The position numbers and the translations under genes are program-made. From Verrucomicrobiota bacterium (lineage in GTDB: Bacteria > Verrucomicrobiota > Verrucomicrobiia > Limisphaerales > AAA164-E04): a stretch of DNA of 42,569 nt. Location: positions 1 through 42,569 of the forward strand of contig JALRAZ010000029.1 of assembly GCA_023257935.1 (NCBI GenBank), in the 5' to 3' direction. The notes under the pieces are model-generated. The model searched no databases. It was not told where the DNA came from and saw only the letters and a program-made list of their open reading frames with translations. Of this stretch, positions 1-7,294 are shown piece by piece (the first letter of the stretch is position 1; each line of letters opens with the position of its first letter).

Positions 1-1
1 G

Positions 2-3000
2 TTCACTCCTGTCCACGAGGACAAGACTCTGATCGGGTTTTTGGCAGTTGATTTCAATTTTGAAACATTGCTCAAAACACTCCTTTACCCTTTCGATAAC
101 CAAACCAACCCATTTGAAGTGAGGCTCTCATCAGATGGGGCTAGGGATTCTGAGAATTATGTGGCAACCCATGGGCCATCGCCAGTGGGTACTGCTAGAA
201 ACCTCAAGAGGGACTACCCCTTGAAGCTGTTCAATCAGCCTTTAATGCTTCGCATGACTCCTGTCAGTAGAAAATGGTATTTCCCGCCTTGGAGTGGGTC
301 GAATGCTGTGATGGTTGGAGGTTTATTGCTTTTTTGTATGCTCTATGGCTTCGCCTACAATCGCCACAAACAGTTGGAACAAAACAAGAAACTCGATCGG
401 GAAATACGATTCCGCCAGACAGTTCAAGCTTCAACTTTTGAAGGCATTATCGTCACCGACCTCATGGGGCGAATCGTTGAAATCAATCAGGCAGGTATTA
501 AGCTATTCCACGGCCTCATCCACGTGAAATCCGCAAGGATATTCAGCCTGATTGACTTCAGCGATAGCTATAAAAAACATCTCCTTCCTAAGGACCGCAC
601 AAGAGGCAAAAGCCTTGACCTGTTTCCACTGTTGCTGAAGCGCATCAGCGAAAAAAAACAAAGCATTCAGTTGATCACCAAAACCTGCTCAAGCAAGCAA
701 CCCCATAAGCCCCTTTCCTGCAGTCTGAATACAATTCATGATGAGGACAAATCACCGATCGGAGCCGTTCTAGTGGTTAGCGATATCTCGGACCGGATTC
801 AATATGAGCAGGGCATCAAGGAAACAATCAGTCGTCTGCACAGTGTCCTCAACCACAGCCCCACGCCCACGGGAATCACTCGTCACCCCGGCAATCAGTT
901 TGTCTATGTCAACCAGTCGTGGATCAACCAAAGCGGCTATGAGCGCCAGGATATCCTGGGGCATACGCCAAACTCCCTGGAGCAATGGGATAATGAGCAA
1001 GTCAGCCAAAGCATCCAATCAACCCTGGAAGCTTTCGGCGTGTTCGACAATTGGCCTGTTCAATTTAAACATGCCAGCGGTAAATCCATGCGCTGTCTGC
1101 TTTCAGCTTCCGACTACACCTTCAATGAAGATCGATACACTATCTATCAGTGGAGTGATCAAACTCAGAACCAAGAACTTAGGCTTAGGCTGGAGGAGAG
1201 TAACCGACGGTTTGAGCAAATCGCTGACAACATCCCAGAAATTTTCTGGATCTTCGAACCAAAAAAAGGCTCTTTCACTTACATCAGTCCAGCTTTTGAA
1301 ACCTTAACCGGGGTCAAGCGCAGTGAGATCTATGAAAACCTCTCCAACCTCTTACCCTTGATTCACCCCAACGAACAGACAATCGTTGAACAGGCGCTGA
1401 AGGACATTGAGGAGGGCAAAACAACGACCATTCAATACCGTATAAAAAACCGCAATCATGGCTGGTCGTGGATAGCTGACAAGTCCTTCCCTATAAAAGG
1501 TCAAAAGGGTCATTCGATCGGATCAGCAGGGGTGGCAACAGATATCACTTCGCAACTCCAAGCCGAAGAATCTCAAAGCCTAGCCCTAGCCACAATGGAT
1601 GCCATGGATGCACTGGTTTTCATTTTTTCGGGAAACCCTGCCAAGGTCAGTTACGCAAACCAACGGGCACTGAATTTTCTCAACATTTCTCTCACCGAAT
1701 TAGGTGGCTCAACCATGGCAAATTGCCTGGAGCAAATTTGCATGGCTCCATCACCAGGATTGATCGACCCCAGCCCCAATGAGCATACCATTAGCCACTA
1801 CCGCACCAAACTTAGAGGCAGCGATTCAAAGGTCATATCCGTGGATATTGGTCTTCAGTGGATTCAAGGTGCCAACGAGCATGGACAATGGCTATTCATC
1901 GCCACCGATATTACCGAACAAGAAAGACAGGAGAAAAACCAGCAAAGGATAGATCGTTTGAAAAGCATTGGCACCTTGGCTGGAGGTATGGCACACGACC
2001 TCAATAACGCCCTGACCCCGTTGGTAATGAGTGTGGAAATACTTCGGCGCACCTATCCAGATTCCGAAAAAATTATTTCCATGCTCGAGTCAAGCCTCAC
2101 TCGGGCCTCTCAAATGGTTCAGCAGGTTCTGAGTTTTGCACGTGGCAAAAATGGCAGCAAAAAAACTGTCCATGTTAGCGAATTGATCGCCGAACTCACT
2201 CAAATCATCGAGGTCACGTTCCCAAAAAACATCACGATTCGCACTCGATGTGCCAAGAATTTGCCTGCCCTGCATGTCGACGCCACCCAGATTCAACAAG
2301 TACTGGTCAATCTTTGCATTAATGCTAAGGATGCGATGCCCGATGGCGGGTCAATCAGTGTGGACGCTCGGTCGATTGAAGTGACCGAAAAACCTAAAGG
2401 AGAGGCCAAAGTGACTGAATTCCTTCCGGGGAATTATATACGCTTCCGAGTTAAGGATAATGGCAGCGGTATTTCACCGGAGAGCCAGGAGCATATTTTC
2501 GAGCCTTTCTTTACCACCAAACCCGTGGATAAAGGGACAGGGCTTGGGCTCTCCTCTTCCCTGGGCATCATCAAGGAGCATGATGGTTTCATGGACTTTT
2601 TCTCAGATGGTACCCGTGGCACATCTTTTGATGTGTATCTACCGGTTTCGCCCGCCAGCATTGGTTCCCAAACACCTTCCAAAGTCCTGAGCCCCTATCG
2701 GGGGGACGGACAATCTGTCCTGGTGGTTGATGATGAGGCAGATATTCGTAAAATGATGCTCACGATCCTAAGGCAGCTGAACTTGAAACCTATCACGGCG
2801 CGGGACGGATTGGAGGGACTCCAAGTCATCGAACAAGATGGAAACCATGCCATCAAATTGTGTCTCATTGATATGGCCATGCCCAAGATGAATGGCCTCG
2901 AGCTCATTCAGGCAATCCGAGAAAAATTCCCACAACTACCGCTCATTGCTATGAGCGGCGGGATGAATGCAGATTTAGTTAAGGGCCTGGATCAGGAGGG

Positions 3001-3097
3001 TGTTTCAACCATTCTGACCAAACCCTTCTCACAAACTGAACTCCAGATGGCCATCGAAAATGCGATGCATTCCCGGGATGGTTTGATCGAAAACTAG
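2..3097 (+). CDS. Membrane-bound multi-PAS hybrid sensor histidine kinase/response regulator (CckA-like), 5'-truncated by the window edge
   Basis: Frame is open from position 2 (FTPVHEDKTLIGFLAVDF), so the TTG at 41 is unlikely to be the real start. One TM helix (AVMVGGLLLFCMLYGFAY) is followed by about four PAS/PAC-like segments, H-box AGGMAHDLNN, N-box QVLVNLCINAKDAM, G1 DNGSGI, F-box EPFFTTK, G2 GTGLGL, and a C-terminal receiver (VLVVDDE...LIDMAMP...TKPF). Confidence 0.95.
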   Translation, partial: FTPVHEDKTLIGFLAVDFNFETLLKTLLYPFDNQTNPFEVRLSSDGARDSENYVATHGPSPVGTARNLKRDYPLKLFNQPLMLRMTPVSRKWYFPPWSGSNAVMVGGLLLFCMLYGFAYNRHKQLEQNKKLDREIRFRQTVQASTFEGIIVTDLMGRIVEINQAGIKLFHGLIHVKSARIFSLIDFSDSYKKHLLPKDRTRGKSLDLFPLLLKRISEKKQSIQLITKTCSSKQPHKPLSCSLNTIHDEDKSPIGAVLVVSDISDRIQYEQGIKETISRLHSVLNHSPTPTGITRHPGNQFVYVNQSWINQSGYERQDILGHTPNSLEQWDNEQVSQSIQSTLEAFGVFDNWPVQFKHASGKSMRCLLSASDYTFNEDRYTIYQWSDQTQNQELRLRLEESNRRFEQIADNIPEIFWIFEPKKGSFTYISPAFETLTGVKRSEIYENLSNLLPLIHPNEQTIVEQALKDIEEGKTTTIQYRIKNRNHGWSWIADKSFPIKGQKGHSIGSAGVATDITSQLQAEESQSLALATMDAMDALVFIFSGNPAKVSYANQRALNFLNISLTELGGSTMANCLEQICMAPSPGLIDPSPNEHTISHYRTKLRGSDSKVISVDIGLQWIQGANEHGQWLFIATDITEQERQEKNQQRIDRLKSIGTLAGGMAHDLNNALTPLVMSVEILRRTYPDSEKIISMLESSLTRASQMVQQVLSFARGKNGSKKTVHVSELIAELTQIIEVTFPKNITIRTRCAKNLPALHVDATQIQQVLVNLCINAKDAMPDGGSISVDARSIEVTEKPKGEAKVTEFLPGNYIRFRVKDNGSGISPESQEHIFEPFFTTKPVDKGTGLGLSSSLGIIKEHDGFMDFFSDGTRGTSFDVYLPVSPASIGSQTPSKVLSPYRGDGQSVLVVDDEADIRKMMLTILRQLNLKPITARDGLEGLQVIEQDGNHAIKLCLIDMAMPKMNGLELIQAIREKFPQLPLIAMSGGMNADLVKGLDQEGVSTILTKPFSQTELQMAIENAMHSRDGLIEN

Positions 3098-3132
3098 GCA
3101 CGCACCAGGACTTCAAGGGAGGCTTGATCGCT

Positions 3133-4401
3133 CTAGGTCGAATGGGATGATCTCTGACACCACCAGACAAGCCAGCCGATTAGTAGGGTCAAAATCCCAA
3201 AGAGGCTTGGTATGGGCTCTCGCCAAATGGAGAAAAGAGTGACCCAGGAAACGACCATAAGAAAGGCTCCTGGAACCCATGGCCAGCCTGTCACTTGACA
3301 GGTTTTTGGGTGCTGCCTTTTTCGTTTCATCAAACCAATGATGCTCAGAGAAGCTCCGATACCGAGAGTGAACCCCATGTAAGCAATCAAACCCTGAAAG
3401 GAAGGAATCCACAGCATGAGCAGGGCTAGGACTCCCTGCAGAAGGATATTGGTCCAGCCTGGTTGGTTTGCTGGAGTAAAAATTTCAGGTAAATAACCAT
3501 CCTCAGCCATCTGAGCGTAGACCCTTGGGCCCGCCATGGTCATAGCAGAAACAGAGGTCAGCAATGCGATGACAATAGCAAAAGTGAGAACCTTACCCAA
3601 GATTGGTCCGCCCAAGGATTCAAAGGTAATGGTGGCGATATTTTCCTTACCAGCAATGTACTCTAAAGGTCCTGCCCAAAGAAAAATCAGGTTCAGAGCA
3701 AGGTAGAAAATAATCACAATCAGCGTTCCAAGAATCAAGGCAATGGGGACGGTTTGAGTGGGGCGAGCAATTTCGCCAGCCAGATAGACTGCAGCATTCC
3801 ATCCGCAATAACTGAAGTAGATCCAAACCAGGCTGACTGAAAATGTATCCAGCTCAAACTCCCAGCTTGGACCCGTTTCAATCTCTGGCATGCGTGGGAT
3901 CACCCAAATCACGCACAACACCAGGATGATTAGTTTGAGTAGGACGAGCCCATTCTGAAGGTGCCCCCCCCACCGCAACCCTTTACCATGGAAAAAACTG
4001 AAAAGGACCAGGCATGAGGTGCCAACCCAACGCTCATCCACCCCCCACAGCCATGGCTGCAAGTAGGAACCTGCCGCATGGCAGGCTGCAGCCACCGGGG
4101 CACTGAAACCGACTAGAAGAGAAAGCCAGCCTGCCACATACCCCAACGAGGGGTGAAGCGATTGAGAAAGAAAGAGGTATTCACCTCCTGAAGCAGGCCA
4201 TTGCCGTATAAGATCCCCGTAACAAAGAGAACCAAGTAGGGCCACCCCTCCTCCGATCATCCATGCCACCATCACCCAGGTGCGCGAAGGCATGTCTGCG
4301 ACCAAAAAACCAGTGGTCGTGAAGATGCCAGTGCCCATCATATTGGCCACAACCAAAAAAACGGCTCCCAGTAGCCCAATTTTAGGAGATCCAATAGCCA
4401 T
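3133..4401 (-). CDS. APC-family amino acid permease
   Basis: About 12 hydrophobic segments; motifs ANMMGTGIF, P.SGGEYLFL, YFSYCGWNAAVYLAGEI and GPRVYAQMAEDG are typical of APC/LAT permeases. Confidence 0.92.
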   Translation of the reverse strand: MAIGSPKIGLLGAVFLVVANMMGTGIFTTTGFLVADMPSRTWVMVAWMIGGGVALLGSLCYGDLIRQWPASGGEYLFLSQSLHPSLGYVAGWLSLLVGFSAPVAAACHAAGSYLQPWLWGVDERWVGTSCLVLFSFFHGKGLRWGGHLQNGLVLLKLIILVLCVIWVIPRMPEIETGPSWEFELDTFSVSLVWIYFSYCGWNAAVYLAGEIARPTQTVPIALILGTLIVIIFYLALNLIFLWAGPLEYIAGKENIATITFESLGGPILGKVLTFAIVIALLTSVSAMTMAGPRVYAQMAEDGYLPEIFTPANQPGWTNILLQGVLALLMLWIPSFQGLIAYMGFTLGIGASLSIIGLMKRKRQHPKTCQVTGWPWVPGAFLMVVSWVTLFSIWREPIPSLFGILTLLIGWLVWWCQRSSHST

Positions 4402-4443
4402 TAGCGCGAACCACTTGGGGCGTTATCTCGCAGATTAAGCCTC

Positions 4444-4476
4444 AGCATCCCTGAACCTCCTCTCGCAGGAGATGCT
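4444..4476 (-). other. Stem-loop downstream of the 4487..5386 gene
   Basis: AGCATC-CCTG (4444-4453) pairs with CAGG-A-GATGCT (4466-4476), 10 nt past the stop codon. There is no U-tract, so the function is uncertain. Confidence 0.3.
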
Positions 4477-4486
4477 CGATGGCGCA

Positions 4487-5386
4487 CTAGGGCGACATCC
4501 CGGGGATGGGAGGGACCACCCTACCTTCACGCTCGTTGAGGGCTCGGTTGGCTTCAATCATGAGCATTTGCTCTTCCCGAGAAAATTGCTGAGAGTTGTT
4601 AGGGGAATTACGAATTTGCTGAGCAGGGATACTCAGGCCGTTAGCTCGAGTAAGGGGTGATGCATTCTGAATAAGTCGCCCACTGTTGTTGGAGACCGGG
4701 CGAACACTGGTGACAGGCTGAGCCTGACTTCCCGGGACGGTCCTGCTGGACCGATTAGCTGAAACTGATGACTTTGCCTTGGCTCGCGCCTCTTCAGCCC
4801 GTCGCTGAATCAGCTCTCTGGCGCTGATTCGGGTTGGTTGCTTCACATTGGATGCACCTTTGCTTTTAGCACCGCCGTTTTTCTTGCTACCACCGCTGGC
4901 ACCCTGATAGCGACTCTCCTCAAAAACCAGCTTATGCGACTTACCGAAGTACTCAATGTCCACATTCCCATCCATACCAATACGGGTTACCTTGACCCCA
5001 TGATGCTCATCCTCCGACTCAGTGAAGGCAAAAAATCGTTCAACCGGAGGTAGCTCGGGGTCAGGGTTAGGAATGGTCATCGCCATCCATACCCGACGAA
5101 TCTCATCTTTGGCACTGACACCAGCGATCTTGAGTTTGAGTTCATCCAATTCTGGGCTTTCCTCTTCTTCTTCTGGCTCTGGCTCGGGTTCGGGTTCGGG
5201 CTCAGGTTCAGGAGGGGGCTGCAAATTAAAAGGGTTTCTGTCCAGAATCGTTTGATAGGAAGCCCTGAGAGAATCTATCTCATCACTGGTTTCCTGAGCA
5301 ACGAGCCCGCCGAAGAAAACGCTTGCACAAATGAGCCATACAGCGATCGATCGTTCAGAACGGTTCATTTTAGGGCACTTTTGCAT
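4487..5386 (-). CDS. Exported or membrane-anchored hypothetical protein, T2SS GspC/PilP-like fold suspected
   Basis: N-terminal hydrophobic signal/anchor, RNPF motif, Pro-Glu linker, then a beta-rich segment (LKLKIAGV...VWMAM...GVKVTRI..GNVDIEYFGKSHKLVF) reminiscent of the GspC HR domain, then a low-complexity tail. The start may instead be the second Met (MNRSER). Confidence 0.75.
   Translation of the reverse strand: MQKCPKMNRSERSIAVWLICASVFFGGLVAQETSDEIDSLRASYQTILDRNPFNLQPPPEPEPEPEPEPEPEEEEESPELDELKLKIAGVSAKDEIRRVWMAMTIPNPDPELPPVERFFAFTESEDEHHGVKVTRIGMDGNVDIEYFGKSHKLVFEESRYQGASGGSKKNGGAKSKGASNVKQPTRISARELIQRRAEEARAKAKSSVSANRSSRTVPGSQAQPVTSVRPVSNNSGRLIQNASPLTRANGLSIPAQQIRNSPNNSQQFSREEQMLMIEANRALNEREGRVVPPIPGMSP
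5171..5212 (-). repeat. Coding hexanucleotide tandem repeat (CCN-GAR)x7 encoding (Pro-Glu)7
   Basis: Minus strand reads CCTGAA CCTGAG CCCGAA CCCGAA CCCGAG CCAGAG CCAGAA, followed by a Glu run. Confidence 0.9.
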
Positions 5387-5406
5387 TCTAAGACTGTAAC
5401 ACCGGG

Positions 5407-5435
5407 AAGATGCCTTGGTTGCGTTGGGCTGACAA
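5407..5435 (-). promoter_or_regulatory. Putative sigma70-type promoter of the 4487..5386 gene
   Basis: TTGTCA-N17-CATCTT on the minus strand, directly after the ilvC terminator. Confidence 0.5.
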
Positions 5436-5439
5436 CTCG

Positions 5440-5474
5440 AAAAAAAAGGCAGTCAGGAATCAACCTGACTGCCT
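5440..5474 (-). terminator. Rho-independent terminator of ilvNC
   Basis: Perfect 11-bp stem AGGCAGTCAGG (5447-5457)/CCTGACTGCCT (5464-5474) with a 6-nt loop, followed on the minus strand by a T-run (A-run at 5440-5447), about 24 nt after the ilvC stop. Confidence 0.9.
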
Positions 5475-5497
5475 GAGGTGTTAGAAATGATCCGAGA

Positions 5498-6523
5498 TTA
5501 ATAGGAGCTCTGAACGCCACTGGTCGAGCGCTTCTGCATCCAGGGCATCATCTTGCGTAGACGGCTGCCGACCTTCTCGATGGAATGTTTCTCTCCTGCT
5601 TTGAGCAAGGCGTTGTATTTTTTATAGCCAGTCTGATACTCCTTCACCCATTCCTTGGCGAACTTGCCATTCTGGATTGCCTTGAGGGCAGCTTTCATCC
5701 GTTTCTTGACGCTACCATCGATGATTTTCGGCCCCACGCTGACATCCCCCCACTTGGCAGTCTCTGAAATGGAGAAACGCATACCGTGGATACCGGATTC
5801 ATTGATCAGATCCACGATTAATTTCAACTCGTGCAAGCATTCGAAGTAGGCCATTTCAGGCTGGTAACCGGCCTCTATCAGGGTCTCGTAACCTGCCTGG
5901 ATCAAGGCGCTGGTACCTCCGCACAACACCGTCTGCTCACCGAAAAGATCTGTCTCAGTCTCTTCCTTGAATGAAGTCTCGAGCACTCCAGCCCTGGTGC
6001 CTCCTACGCCCTTGGCCCAAGCCAAGGCAACTTTCTTGGCCTTACGAGAAGGGTTTTGATGGACAGCAATGAGAGCAGGAACCCCCTTACCCTCGACGAA
6101 TTGGCGACGAACAATGTGACCTGGTCCCTTGGGGGCTACCAAAATCACGTCCACATCAGCGGGCGGGACGACCGTCTTGTAGTGAATGGCAAAACCGTGT
6201 GAGAAGAGAAGCGTTTTACCCTTGGTCAAATTGGGGGCAATGTCACTTTCATAGACCGCAGCTTGTTTGGTGTCAGGCAAAGCCACAAAAATGACGTCAG
6301 CTTTTTTCACAGCTTCCGCAGTGCTGAATACCTTAAAGCCTCTTTCCTGCGCTACAGCAATGGATTTGCTCCCTTTGTAGAGACCAATGATGACCTTGCA
6401 ACCGCTTTCCTTGAGATTGAGTGCGTGGGCGTGTCCCTGGGAACCAAATCCAAGAACGGCTAGGGTTTTTCCCTTGAGCACATTGAGATCGGCGTGTTTG
6501 TCCGAATATATTTTTGCTGGCAT
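5498..6523 (-). CDS. ilvC: Ketol-acid reductoisomerase (NADP+), class I
   Basis: [57 protein letters not shown] and SISETA are signature motifs. Confidence 0.99.
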   Translation of the reverse strand: MPAKIYSDKHADLNVLKGKTLAVLGFGSQGHAHALNLKESGCKVIIGLYKGSKSIAVAQERGFKVFSTAEAVKKADVIFVALPDTKQAAVYESDIAPNLTKGKTLLFSHGFAIHYKTVVPPADVDVILVAPKGPGHIVRRQFVEGKGVPALIAVHQNPSRKAKKVALAWAKGVGGTRAGVLETSFKEETETDLFGEQTVLCGGTSALIQAGYETLIEAGYQPEMAYFECLHELKLIVDLINESGIHGMRFSISETAKWGDVSVGPKIIDGSVKKRMKAALKAIQNGKFAKEWVKEYQTGYKKYNALLKAGEKHSIEKVGSRLRKMMPWMQKRSTSGVQSSY

Positions 6524-6574
6524 TATTTTGATGCGTTGGATGTTTCGTGTTTGCGTTTTTTCTAAAGACGGCGA

Positions 6575-7048
6575 TCAAGCCCGTGGGAGAGCCACAGTAC
6601 CCGTGCGGGTGAGGGCCTGGATGCCATAAGGGTCCATCAAATCAATGAATTTGGCGATTTTGCCTTCGGAACCCGTGATCTCAATGGTGATAGATTCTGG
6701 GTGCACATCAATGATTTTAGCCCTAAAGATATTGGTGATCTGCATGATTTCAGAGCGCGTCTGGGCATCCGCACTCACCCGGACTAGCACCAGCTCACGA
6801 TCAACGTAGAGTTGTTCCCTGAAATCCTGCACTTCCAGAACTTCCGGCAGCTTATTCAACTGCCTGACGACCTGAATCAAGGTGGCGTCATCTCCTTCGG
6901 TAACCAGGGTCATTCTGGAGGCGCCTGCGTGATGGCATGGAGCCACATTGAGGGTATCAATATTGAAGCCGCGACCGCTGAACAAACCCGCTACACGAGT
7001 CAGAACGCCGAATTTGTTTTCTACCAAAACCGAGATGGTGTGTCTCAT
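6575..7048 (-). CDS. ilvN: Acetolactate synthase small (regulatory) subunit
   Basis: MRHTISVLVENKFGVLTRVAGLFSGRGFNIDTL ACT domain, RELVLVRV, and a C-terminal RTG. Start set at the ATG at 7048 rather than the TTG at 7069. Confidence 0.97.
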   Translation of the reverse strand: MRHTISVLVENKFGVLTRVAGLFSGRGFNIDTLNVAPCHHAGASRMTLVTEGDDATLIQVVRQLNKLPEVLEVQDFREQLYVDRELVLVRVSADAQTRSEIMQITNIFRAKIIDVHPESITIEITGSEGKIAKFIDLMDPYGIQALTRTGTVALPRA

Positions 7049-7081
7049 ATCTACCATTTGCCTGTACAAGGCGAAATGGAG

Positions 7082-7110
7082 AGATTTCTAGATTTTAATC
7101 TGAGGGTCAA
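7082..7110 (-). promoter_or_regulatory. Putative promoter of ilvN-ilvC
   Basis: TTGACC-N17-AAATCT on the minus strand (retains -11A and -7T). Confidence 0.35.
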
Positions 7111-7294
7111 TAGGAAAAACCAATCAAACGAGCTCTTAATAGGTTTAGAGAACTAAGAAAACGCGACACTGAGCCCCTATCTGCCATCAGTCGTTCAAGC
7201 ATTCCTTGCTCTTGATGAACCATCCAGGTTGAATGAGTGGGTTCATTTCATTCAGGGTCATAAGAAGACCAGAGTCCGTGGCCATGCCTAGCCG

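Noticed and set aside
5171-5212. PE repeat as a phase-variation tract
   Set aside because: The unit is 6 nt (frame-preserving) and degenerate at third codon positions, so it cannot switch expression by frameshift.
5022-5255. Gly-Ser repeat ORF on the plus strand
   Set aside because: Simply the antisense reading of the Pro-Glu repeat.
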